Assembly (NCBI GenBank): GCA_965220965.1
Contig: OZ244852.1
Location: 640,001 to 704,000, forward strand
Origin: Candidatus Marinacidobacterium sp.
GTDB lineage: Bacteria > Acidobacteriota > Vicinamibacteria > Marinacidobacterales > Marinacidobacteraceae
DNA length: 64,000 nt
Reading direction: 5' to 3'
Shown here one piece after another: positions 1 to 8,648 of the stretch. The notes under the pieces are model-generated. The model saw only the letters and a program-made list of their open reading frames with translations. It searched no databases and was not told the DNA's origin. The first letter of the stretch is position 1; each line of letters opens with the position of its first letter. The position numbers and the translations under genes were made by a program.

Positions 1-800
1 GCCTCATCTTCGGGCTGGGTCCCTTCCCGGAGCTGGGCCTTCCCGGCGCGGCGGTGGCGACCACGATCGGGCGGGGAACCGGAGTCGCCTACCAGTTCTG
101 GGTGCTGGCGAGGGGGAGGCGGCTCCGGATCCGCCGCGAGGACATCCGGGTCCAGTGGCCGGTGGTGAAGAACCTGTGCCGGGTCTCGGTGGGGGGGATC
201 GGGCAGATGCTCGCGGATGTCCTGCCGTGGCTGGTGCTCATCCGGATCATTTCCGGCTTCGGGTCGGTCGCGGTCGCGGGGTGGGTCATCGCGGTCCGGG
301 TGGCGCTGTTCGTGATCCTGCCGGCGTGGGGACTGTCCAACGCCGCTTCGACGCTCGTCGGACAGAACCTCGGCTCCGGCCAGCCGGAGCGGGCCGAGCG
401 GGCCGTCTGGATCACCGCCTTCTGGAACATGGCGTTCATGGCGGTGGTCACCGTCGGCTTCGTGGTCTTCGCCCCCGACATCGCGGGTCTCTTCGGGGCG
501 GCCCCCGAGGTCGAGGCGCTCGCCGCGACCGCGCTGCGGGTCGTCAGCTACGGCTATGTGGCCTACGCGCTGGGGATGGTGACCCGCCAGGCCTTCAACG
601 GGGCGGGGGATACCCGGACCCCGATCTGGATCGACATCCTGTGCTTCTGGATGTTCGAGATCCCGCTCGCCTGGGGCCTCTCCCGGACGGCGCTGGGCGT
701 GGACGGAGTCTTCTGGGCGGTCGCCATCGCCTACTCGGTCTCGGCCGTCGTCAGCACGCTCTGGTTCCGCCGGGGCAAGTGGAAGACGCAGCAGGTCTGA
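1..800 (+). CDS. MATE family efflux transporter (5'-truncated by window)
   Basis: Frame open from nt 3 (LIFGLGPFPELGLPGAAVATTIGRG); multiple TM helices; MATE motifs 'GLSNAASTLVGQNLGSG' and 'FNGAGDTRTP'. Confidence 0.92.
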   Translation, partial: LIFGLGPFPELGLPGAAVATTIGRGTGVAYQFWVLARGRRLRIRREDIRVQWPVVKNLCRVSVGGIGQMLADVLPWLVLIRIISGFGSVAVAGWVIAVRVALFVILPAWGLSNAASTLVGQNLGSGQPERAERAVWITAFWNMAFMAVVTVGFVVFAPDIAGLFGAAPEVEALAATALRVVSYGYVAYALGMVTRQAFNGAGDTRTPIWIDILCFWMFEIPLAWGLSRTALGVDGVFWAVAIAYSVSAVVSTLWFRRGKWKTQQV

Positions 801-865
801 ATCCAAAGACCCACACCGGGCGCCCCGCCCCGCCCGTGGGAGAATCCCGTTCCGGAGGAGCGGTC

Positions 866-1291
866 ATGAAGTACCGGGCGCGACTGGCTGTGCTCGGCGT
901 CGTCTCGGGCGCCGTGCTCGGGACGGTTCTGGGTAGCGTCGGCCCCGAGATCGGCATCGCGGCGGGGGTGGCGATCGGCGCCGTGACGGGCGCCCTGGCG
1001 GGCGTCGCGGCAGGCGGATTCGGAGGGGAGGACGCGCGGGCGAAAGTTTCGGATCAGCGCGGCTTGCTGTCCGGCGCGAAGCAGGCGGCGATGGGGCTCG
1101 CGGTGGGCGCTGCGGAGGGCGCCGCGCTGGGTGCGGTTCTGGGAATGTTCATCCTCCCCGGAGCGGGCGCCGAGGCGGGCGCCGCCGTGGGTTGCCCGGC
1201 GGCCGCGATCTCCGGCCTCCTTGTCGGGTGGATGGCCCAGACTCCCCCGTTCCGTAGGCACGCCGCGGCGCCGACGCGCCTCTCAGGCTGA
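866..1291 (+). CDS. Small glycine-zipper membrane protein, function unknown
   Basis: ATG at 866 preceded by GGAGGAG RBS (854-860); 141 aa dominated by GxxxG/GAxxGA hydrophobic repeats. Confidence 0.7.
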   Translation: MKYRARLAVLGVVSGAVLGTVLGSVGPEIGIAAGVAIGAVTGALAGVAAGGFGGEDARAKVSDQRGLLSGAKQAAMGLAVGAAEGAALGAVLGMFILPGAGAEAGAAVGCPAAAISGLLVGWMAQTPPFRRHAAAPTRLSG

Positions 1292-1325
1292 GGCGCGCTG
1301 TCCGGAGGACGTCGGTCTTGGGGTG

Positions 1326-3464
1326 TCAGGCGCTCGGCCGGCGCGGAAGCCGGGAGACGCCCACCAGGAAGGCATAGATCTCGGCGATCTCGCCGAGGCC
1401 CCGGTAGCGGCCCGACCGTCCGCCGTGTCCGGCGTCGAGGGTCGTCCGTAGGAGGATCCGCGCGTCCGGATCCGTGTTGCGTTCCCTCAGGCGCTGGACC
1501 CATTTCGTGGGCTCCCAGAACTGGACCTGGGAATCGTGGAGACCGCTCGTCACGAACAGATGGGGCAGCCGGGTGTTCGGGATGTTCTCGTAGGGTGCGT
1601 AGCCGGCGATGCGGTGGAAGAACGCCTCCTCGCGCGGATCCCCCCACTCGTCGTACTCGCTCGTGGTCAGCGGGATCGATTCGTCGAGCATCGTGTTCAG
1701 GCAGTCCACGAAGGGGACCATCGCGACCGCGCCGGCGAACAGATCCGGAGCGCGGTTCACCACCGCGCCCACCAGCAGGCCTCCAGCGCTGCCCCCCATC
1801 GCGAACATCCGGTCCGGGTCGCAGAGCCGCCGGTTCCGCAGGTGGCGGGCGGCGGCGATGAAGTCGGTGAAGGTGTTCTCCTTGGCGTGCTGGCGGCCCG
1901 CCTCGTACCAGGCCCGGCCGAGTTCCTGCCCGCCCCGGATGTGCGCGATCGCAAAGGAGAAGCCCCGGTCCAGCAGGCTGAGCCGGATGCGCGAGAAGGT
2001 CGGATCCATCGGGATGCCGTAGGAGCCGTAGCCGTAGAGCAGCAGCGGCGACCCTGGTCCCGGGGGGTGATCCCGGTGGTGGACGAGGGAAACGGGAACC
2101 CGGACGCCGTCCGGCGCGCGGGCGATGAGCCGCCGCTCGCGGTAGTCCTCCGGACGAAACCCGGGGACCGGGTCGCGCTTCAGTTGCCTTCGCCGCCCGG
2201 TCTTCAGGTGGACCGCGAGGGTGCGGGGAGCGGTCTTCGGTCCGCTGACGACGACCCGGACCTCCGACGCATGCGGTTCGGGGTTGTCCTCGGGGTCGAG
2301 CGCGCGCAGCCGGCCGGGAAGGCGCGCGAGTCGCGACTCCGAGCCGTCCCACGCGAGGAGACGCAGCTCCTGTCGGCCGCCGCGCCGCTCGAAGACGGCG
2401 ATCCCGTCCTCGAACGCCTCGAAGCCCTCGATCTGGGCCCCGTCGCGGGCCGGGACCAGGTCGCTCCAGCGGGTGGGGTCGCCCGGAGCGTCTTCCGGCG
2501 CCGACACCAGCCGGTAGTCCGGCGCATCCCGGTTCGTCCGCAGGAGAAAGCGGTCCCGGAAGTGGTCCAGCTCGAACAGATGCCGGCTTCCCCGGGGGAC
2601 GAGGCGGCGCGGCGCGGCCTCCGGCTTCCCGGCCGGCACGGCCCAGGCCTCCGCGTCGTCGGTCTGCTGGCAGTGGATCAGCAGGAATTTCCGGGAGCGG
2701 CTCTCCTCGACGCTCACCGAGAATTCCTCGTCGGTCTCTTCGAAGACGAGCCGGTCCGCCGCCGGCGGGTCGCCGAGGCGGTGGTGGACCACCTGGAACC
2801 ACCGCAGGGTCTCCGGGTCCAGACGGGTGTAGAAGACGCCGCGACCCGAAGCGGTCCAGGCCAGGTTCGGCGCGGCGCCGGGAAGACGGTCCGCGAGGAA
2901 TCGGCCGGTCCGGGTGTCGAGGAACCGGACTTCGTAGGTCCGGCGGCCCACGGTGTCCACCGCGATCGCGACCAGGTCGTGCTCCGGCGCCACCTCCATG
3001 GCGCCCAGGTCGAAGTGCCCGTCCCCCGCCGCGCCGTGTTCCTCCGCGGCCATGCGGTTCAGATCGAAGAGGATCTCCTCCGGGCCGCGGCGGCCGCCGG
3101 GCCGGGCGGGGCGCCGCCTTCGCCAGAGGACGGGGTACTCCTGCCCGCGCTGGTAGCGCGAACCGTAAAGAAACGGACCGTGGCGAACCGGGGGGGACGC
3201 GTCGTCGGGAACGATCCGGTCCCGGAACTCCTGCTCGATCCGGTCGCGGAGCGCGCCCCACGGCGCCATGACCTGGTCGGTCCAGGCGTTCTCCGCCTCC
3301 AGGTGGCGGAGCGTCGCCGGATCCTCCCGGTCCCGGATCCATGCCCACGGATCGGTGAAACCCCTTCCGAACCGCTCCCAGGTCGTGGGACGTCGCGGGG
3401 CGCGCGGCGGCCCGGCCTGCGGGCCGCGATGGGAATTGGGAGCGGGCTCCCCGCGGTCCGGCAT
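1326..3464 (-). CDS. ptrB: Oligopeptidase B (S9A prolyl oligopeptidase family)
   Basis: 'DPWAWIR..HLEAENAWT', 'LLYGYGSYG', 'HIRGGQELGRAWY', nucleophile 'GGSAGG', 'HDSQV' Asp, 'AGHGG' His. Start placed at ATG 3464. Confidence 0.93.
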   Translation of the reverse strand: MPDRGEPAPNSHRGPQAGPPRAPRRPTTWERFGRGFTDPWAWIRDREDPATLRHLEAENAWTDQVMAPWGALRDRIEQEFRDRIVPDDASPPVRHGPFLYGSRYQRGQEYPVLWRRRRPARPGGRRGPEEILFDLNRMAAEEHGAAGDGHFDLGAMEVAPEHDLVAIAVDTVGRRTYEVRFLDTRTGRFLADRLPGAAPNLAWTASGRGVFYTRLDPETLRWFQVVHHRLGDPPAADRLVFEETDEEFSVSVEESRSRKFLLIHCQQTDDAEAWAVPAGKPEAAPRRLVPRGSRHLFELDHFRDRFLLRTNRDAPDYRLVSAPEDAPGDPTRWSDLVPARDGAQIEGFEAFEDGIAVFERRGGRQELRLLAWDGSESRLARLPGRLRALDPEDNPEPHASEVRVVVSGPKTAPRTLAVHLKTGRRRQLKRDPVPGFRPEDYRERRLIARAPDGVRVPVSLVHHRDHPPGPGSPLLLYGYGSYGIPMDPTFSRIRLSLLDRGFSFAIAHIRGGQELGRAWYEAGRQHAKENTFTDFIAAARHLRNRRLCDPDRMFAMGGSAGGLLVGAVVNRAPDLFAGAVAMVPFVDCLNTMLDESIPLTTSEYDEWGDPREEAFFHRIAGYAPYENIPNTRLPHLFVTSGLHDSQVQFWEPTKWVQRLRERNTDPDARILLRTTLDAGHGGRSGRYRGLGEIAEIYAFLVGVSRLPRRPSA

Positions 3465-3475
3465 CGGCCGGAAGG

Positions 3476-5542
3476 TTACTGGCCGACCGGCACTTCGTCG
3501 CGCGGCGGCAGCGGCTCCTCGGGAGCGCCCAGATGCCCCGCCTCCAGGAACGCCATGACCCCGAAGAGCGCGCCCCAACTGTGGAAGGGGTCGCTCGAGA
3601 GGCGCTCGTCGTCCCCGGCCCCGGTGATCGAGGAGTAGTTCTCGCTCACGTATCCCTTGCGCCGCCACTCCGAGAGGAACATGTCGAGCGAGCGTTCGGA
3701 CAGCTCGGCGGCCGTCTCCCGCTCGCCGGCGGCGCGGAGCCCGAGGTAGGTGAGGAAGTTCAGGGGCGGCCAGATCGCCCCCTTCCAGTAGCGCTGGCGG
3801 GGGAAGGAGGGATCGTCGCGGGTCGTGGAGGGAAGGATGAACTCGCCCCAGAACTCCTCGGGATTTCTCAGGTGCTCATGGATCAGCCGCGCGGCCCGCT
3901 CCGGCGAGGGGACGCCGGCAAGCAGCGGGTAGAAGAGGGTGGGGGAGCGCCGGCGGGAAGGCCGCTCGAGGTCCGTGCGGTAGTTCAGGTAATACCCCGC
4001 GTCCTCGACCCAGAGCCCCTCGAGCGCCTCGGCGTAGCGGTCGCCGCGCTCGGTGAGCTCCTCGGCTTCAGCAACCCGGCCGAGGCGGAGCGCCAGCTCG
4101 GTCAGCGCCCGGCAATCGGCGATGTAGAGGCTGGTGAGGCCCACGTCCTGGAGCTCGAGGGTGTTCTTCTCCCGATTGAACGGAACGTCCTCATACATCG
4201 GCGAGTCGTCCATCCCCGACTCGTAGCCCGCCGCGGTCTTCGTCCGGACGACCGGCTCCCGGAACGGGTTCTTCGCGGCGTGCGACCCGTAGGAGAGGAG
4301 ACCCCCGTTGTCCCGGGCGGTTGGCCACCACCGGTTCCATTCCAGGAGCGGGTCGAACGCGGCCTCCTCGAACCACCGCTCGGGGAACCGGCGGATGATC
4401 TCGCGGACCATGATGCCTCCCACCGGGGGCTGGGAGCGGTCCCACGATTTGGAGCCGTTCCCGCGGTTGTCGTTCGGGAGGAACCCCTCCGGGGTGCGGC
4501 CGCGGAGATGCTCGATGGCGTTTGCGAGCGCCAGATCCCGGCTCTCGAGTCCGGCGAGCCAGGCGAGGAAGAAGTTGTCCCAGCCGAAGAGCGCGAAGCC
4601 GCCGTACTCCTCGTTCCAGAGCCGGCCCACCGTGGAGACCACCCGTTCGTCGCGCGGCTCGTAGACCGTGTTCCAGCCGAGGCTGGAGGTCACGGCGATC
4701 CACGCCTCCGCGAGGTCGCCGTAGGCCGCCGCCCGCCGCTCCAGCGCAGCGCGGGCCTCCTCGAGTCTTGCGCCGAGGTCCTCGAGGGTCGGCGCGCCCG
4801 CCCCGGTGTGAAGGCCCACCGGCTGATCGAGCCGGACCACCCGGTGCGGCGCCAGCCCTCCGGTGTAGGGGTCGTCATCCGGCGTCCCCAGAACCCGGAC
4901 CCGCTGGCGCCCCGAGGGGAGCGTCGCGATGAACCCGGCCTCGTCCGTCGCGACCGAGCCCGGGCGATTCCAGACGGTCCCGACGCTCACCACCAGCTCG
5001 AAGGGATACGGCGCCGGGGCGCCGGGGGAGACGAGCACGATGAGGTCTTCGCCGCTTCGGCCGAACTCGATGCGCGCCTTGAGCCCCTTCCATTCGAGGT
5101 CGAGCCGCCCGTAGGACCCGTCGATCGCGCGGGGTCCCGGGCGGACCAGCTCGGCCTCCGGCCCGGAGCGGCCGATGAGGGTGGTGGGCAGGAAGTCCTC
5201 TTCGAGGAAGTCGTGCCGCTTGAGCGCGAGGTCCACCGCCAGGCCCTCCGGCAGCAGGACCCAGCGAAGCACGCTCCGGTTGTCCCAGGTGTTCCAGCCG
5301 GTGGCGAGCCGCTGCTGGATCTCGCGGTACTCGGGTCCGTTCCCGAGCTCCTCGTCGTACTCCGCGTATCGGTCCGGCCAGTCCGGTTCGGCGTCCGACT
5401 CGACAGCCGGCTCCACGGAGGGCGTCGCGGGCTCGCCGCAGCCGCCACCGGCGATCGCCGCCAGCAGGACCAGCAGCGTCGCCGGGCCGCGGACCCCCGG
5501 GATGAACCCGGCGAGCGCTCCAAGCCCCCTCGGGGGCGTCAC
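3476..5542 (-). CDS. (alpha/alpha)6 glycoside hydrolase, GH63/MGH1-trehalase-like, probable lipoprotein
   Basis: 'GWDNFF', 'SQPP', 'ESGMDDSP', 'YWKGAIW', 'ENY' motifs; N-terminal hydrophobic stretch ending AGGGC; GTG start overlaps upstream TGA. Confidence 0.8.
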   Translation of the reverse strand: MTPPRGLGALAGFIPGVRGPATLLVLLAAIAGGGCGEPATPSVEPAVESDAEPDWPDRYAEYDEELGNGPEYREIQQRLATGWNTWDNRSVLRWVLLPEGLAVDLALKRHDFLEEDFLPTTLIGRSGPEAELVRPGPRAIDGSYGRLDLEWKGLKARIEFGRSGEDLIVLVSPGAPAPYPFELVVSVGTVWNRPGSVATDEAGFIATLPSGRQRVRVLGTPDDDPYTGGLAPHRVVRLDQPVGLHTGAGAPTLEDLGARLEEARAALERRAAAYGDLAEAWIAVTSSLGWNTVYEPRDERVVSTVGRLWNEEYGGFALFGWDNFFLAWLAGLESRDLALANAIEHLRGRTPEGFLPNDNRGNGSKSWDRSQPPVGGIMVREIIRRFPERWFEEAAFDPLLEWNRWWPTARDNGGLLSYGSHAAKNPFREPVVRTKTAAGYESGMDDSPMYEDVPFNREKNTLELQDVGLTSLYIADCRALTELALRLGRVAEAEELTERGDRYAEALEGLWVEDAGYYLNYRTDLERPSRRRSPTLFYPLLAGVPSPERAARLIHEHLRNPEEFWGEFILPSTTRDDPSFPRQRYWKGAIWPPLNFLTYLGLRAAGERETAAELSERSLDMFLSEWRRKGYVSENYSSITGAGDDERLSSDPFHSWGALFGVMAFLEAGHLGAPEEPLPPRDEVPVGQ

Positions 5543-6699
5543 TCCATCTTCCAGAAGGCCAGCCCCGAAGCCTGTTTGCCGACCTCGACGACGGCTTCGC
5601 GCCGGGTCGTTTCGAGGTTGTAGAACTCGACCCGTCCCGGCTCGCCGCCGATCTCCTCGACGGTGACGATGGCGAAGCGGCTGTCCGGGGTGATCGCGAC
5701 GCCGTGTGTGATGCGGGCCGAGGCCGGGACCGAGGCGCGCTCGCTCCCGGTCTTCAGATCCCAGAATCCCACTGAGCTGTTCGTTTTCTCGGTCACCACC
5801 AGGTGTCGGCCATCGGGGGAGACATCGATGTTGTAGGGGCCGTTCCGCGTGTCGAATCGGCGCCGGGGGGCCCACTCCGCGACGTCGACTTCGAGGACCT
5901 GGTTCGCTCCCTGAAGCGCCACGTAGAGCGAGCGCCCGTCGGGAGTCGGCTGGACCCAGGTCGGGTTGACTCCGGCGGCGCCCCCCATGGCCATGCCGCC
6001 GTGTCCGGCGTGGGCGTCGCCTCCCATCGATTCGACGGCGCCGGTCGTGGCGTTGTCCGCGGTCAGCCGCATCCGCCGACGCGGCTGGAGCGTCATGGAA
6101 TCGATCTCGAACAGCTCCGAACTCATCATCGCCACCGAATACGCCAGCATCCCGTCCGGCCCCAGCCGCGACCCGTGCGGCATGACGCCCTGTTCGATCT
6201 GGGCGATCTCGGTCATGGACACCGTATCGATCACCGAGACGCTCGAGGGGACGTGGTCGCCGTGCAGGTTGAAGTTCACGACGAACAGGAATCCGGTGGT
6301 CGGGCTGATGTCCATCGTCGCCGGAAAGAGCCCGGCGGTCGCATCCGCGACTTCGAGGTCGGTCCCGGTCTCGAACTTGTGGACCGTGCCGTAGGGCATG
6401 CCGTGGGCGATCGAGACATACCAGTGGCGGCCGTCGGGAGACACCTGGATGCCGTGCGGGCCCTCGATCTCGTTCGGGAGGATCCCCACCGGAATGCGGC
6501 GGACCAGTTCCCCGCCGTCCGGCCCGAAGCGGACGAGGTCCACGGTGTCGTCGGACTCCGCGGCCACGTAGACGAAGTAGTCGTGATCGGCGCTGGTCTG
6601 CGCTGAGGCGGTGAGCGGCGCGGCGAGCGCGAGGAGCGCTCCGGAGAGGAGCGGGCGTCGCGTCGACCGCCGGAGTCGGGGGAGATCGGGGAGCGGCAT
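5539..6699 (-). CDS. Secreted YncE/YVTN-family beta-propeller protein
   Basis: Signal peptide (ASA-Q); repeated 'PHGI.VSPDG', 'PYNIDVSPDG', 'HGVAITPDS' blades. Confidence 0.82.
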   Translation of the reverse strand: MPLPDLPRLRRSTRRPLLSGALLALAAPLTASAQTSADHDYFVYVAAESDDTVDLVRFGPDGGELVRRIPVGILPNEIEGPHGIQVSPDGRHWYVSIAHGMPYGTVHKFETGTDLEVADATAGLFPATMDISPTTGFLFVVNFNLHGDHVPSSVSVIDTVSMTEIAQIEQGVMPHGSRLGPDGMLAYSVAMMSSELFEIDSMTLQPRRRMRLTADNATTGAVESMGGDAHAGHGGMAMGGAAGVNPTWVQPTPDGRSLYVALQGANQVLEVDVAEWAPRRRFDTRNGPYNIDVSPDGRHLVVTEKTNSSVGFWDLKTGSERASVPASARITHGVAITPDSRFAIVTVEEIGGEPGRVEFYNLETTRREAVVEVGKQASGLAFWKME

Positions 6700-6758
6700 G
6701 GGGAGGCGACCGATTCTATGGGGAGGCCGCGGAAAGGCGTCGGGCCGCGCCGAATTGC

Positions 6759-7697
6759 TCAGCGGCCGGAGACCTCCATGGGCCGCAGCTCCTTCCAGCG
6801 CTCGATGAACGCGACCGCCGCGTCCACGAAGGCCTCCGCCTCCCTTCGGCCCCGCTCGACGCTCGAGGCCTCCAGATCGCGAACGCTCCAGACGCCGGTG
6901 TCCGTGAGCTCCCGGGTGGACGTCCCCTTGCCGGTCTCCTCGGCCTTCAGGCTCTCGGCGAGGAACACCCGAAGCGCGGTGGGATCCCCGTCGACCACCT
7001 CGGGGAGCATCCGCTCCAGGTGCTCGGGCATCGTCAGGGTCGTGTCCAGGGCCTGTCCCAGATCGACCAGATCGGGGATCAGGTAGAGCGAGCTCGAGGT
7101 CTCGCCGACCCCGCCGTGGCGATCGAACACCGGGCCCCCCGGGGCCGGCTCGCGCGCCGGCGCCTGTCGGAACGGCGTGGCCGCGGCGCCCAGCTCGACG
7201 GCGATGCCCTCGGTCTCGTGGTTGATCCGGTCGGCGATGTACTGCGAGATGACCCGGTTGCCGCCGTGCGAGTTGAGGATCAGGAACCGGCGGAAACCGT
7301 GGCGCATGAGGCTCTGCGCCGCTTCGAAGAAGACCTCCTGGATCAGTTCCGCGGGCAGGCTGATCGTGCCGGCGAATCCCAGGTGGTAGGGCGAGTTGCC
7401 CGGAAAGAGGATCGGCGCCACCAGCACATCGGTTCGCTGGGCGACGAGCTTGGCGCGCTCCAGCCCGTTCAGGATGTCGGTTCCGATCGGCAGATGGGCG
7501 CCGTGCTGCTCGAGGGCCCCGACCGGCAGGATGACCATGTCGGTCCGGGTGAGCAGCTCCTCGACTTCCGTCCAGCTCATGTGGGGCAGGTAGTTGCGGA
7601 CCTTCGTTTCTCCCCAGAGCGGATTCGTCTGGGCCCCGGCGAAGCCCGCGGTGAGGAAAACGGCGAGGATCGCCGGAGTGAAGAGCTTGCTGGACAT
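6759..7697 (-). CDS. Creatininase/creatinine amidohydrolase family protein with signal peptide
   Basis: 'PVGALEQHG.HLP.GTD', 'NSHGGN', 'HGG.GETS' motifs; Sec-type N-terminus MSSKLFTPAILAVFLTAGFAGA. Confidence 0.9.
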   Translation of the reverse strand: MSSKLFTPAILAVFLTAGFAGAQTNPLWGETKVRNYLPHMSWTEVEELLTRTDMVILPVGALEQHGAHLPIGTDILNGLERAKLVAQRTDVLVAPILFPGNSPYHLGFAGTISLPAELIQEVFFEAAQSLMRHGFRRFLILNSHGGNRVISQYIADRINHETEGIAVELGAAATPFRQAPAREPAPGGPVFDRHGGVGETSSSLYLIPDLVDLGQALDTTLTMPEHLERMLPEVVDGDPTALRVFLAESLKAEETGKGTSTRELTDTGVWSVRDLEASSVERGRREAEAFVDAAVAFIERWKELRPMEVSGR

Positions 7698-7758
7698 GGG
7701 ACGGCCTCCGGGGGCGAAGGTATCCCACCGCGGGGCGGACCGCCCCGCGCGCTCCGGA

Positions 7759-8547
7759 CTATTCGGACGCGCGCTGCATGCGAATGATCTGGGCCACCGC
7801 CGGAGCCTCGAAGTACGGAGGGACGTCGAGGAGCGCGATCGGCTCGCGGGGCAGGGTGTCCTCCGACTTGAACTCGAAGTCCTCTCCGGTGGCCGTCCCG
7901 GCGTCGTAGGCGACCAGTTCCGCCGCCACCGCGTCATGCCAGCGGCCATCGGCGTCCGTCGCGCAGATGTCGGAGAACCCGACGAACCAGTCGGCGCTCG
8001 GGTCGATCATCTGCGCGTACGAGAAGCACGGCTTTTCGAGCGAGATCTCGACCGACGGGTCGGGAGTGAAGAAAAGGGCCAGCATCTCGGCGAGGCTCCG
8101 GAAGACGATCTCGCCTCCGGCGGCCTCCGCCTCGGCGAGAAGCGCAGCGGAGCTTCCGGTCTCGGCCAGGATCTTGAGCCCGTCCGAGGCGGTCTCGCCC
8201 GGCTTCCATGGAGCCTCGCCGGGCGCGTGCGCCACCATCGCCAGCGGCGGGGCGAAGTCCACTCCCTCCGGCAGCGATCCCGGCACGCGGGGGCTGATCA
8301 GCGGCTCCGGCTGGAGGAAGGTGTAGGTGGCGGTGGCGGGTTCGGGTTCGGGGGCCGGCGCCGGCGCCGGGGTGGGAGCGGGCGTCGGGGCGGGGGTCTC
8401 GGAGTCCCCGCAGGAGGCGAAAGCGGCCGCGGCGGCGAACAGGAGAACCTGGCCGGCGAAGCGGGTCAGTCGCTGGCGTTCAGGAAGAGATGGATGGGCG
8501 TTCAAGGGGGTCCTTCGCTGGCTTGGATCGGAACGGTGGGCGGACAT
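7759..8547 (-). CDS. Spondin_N domain lipoprotein (start may be slightly downstream)
   Basis: 'ASDGLK.LAETG', 'MIDPSADWFVG', 'YDAGT..G..F' spondin motifs; lipobox FASC followed by Pro/Ala linker. Confidence 0.8.
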   Translation of the reverse strand: MSAHRSDPSQRRTPLNAHPSLPERQRLTRFAGQVLLFAAAAAFASCGDSETPAPTPAPTPAPAPAPEPEPATATYTFLQPEPLISPRVPGSLPEGVDFAPPLAMVAHAPGEAPWKPGETASDGLKILAETGSSAALLAEAEAAGGEIVFRSLAEMLALFFTPDPSVEISLEKPCFSYAQMIDPSADWFVGFSDICATDADGRWHDAVAAELVAYDAGTATGEDFEFKSEDTLPREPIALLDVPPYFEAPAVAQIIRMQRASE

Positions 8548-8648
8548 CCGGTTCGGTCCGGCTGGTGAGATGGAGGAGACGAAACCTGATACCGGGAATC
8601 AGGTTCAGAACGTTACCGCGGCTCACGCCCGCACGGGGGGCCGCCGGC

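Noticed and set aside
8330-8400. Pro-Ala-Thr coding micro-repeats
   Set aside because: Ordinary flexible linker of a lipoprotein, not an independent repeat element.
8583-8605. Inverted repeat AACCTGAT-N7-ATCAGGTT between ggt and the spondin gene
   Set aside because: Could be an operator or weak terminator, but it is single-copy with no identifiable regulator; not supportable as a feature.
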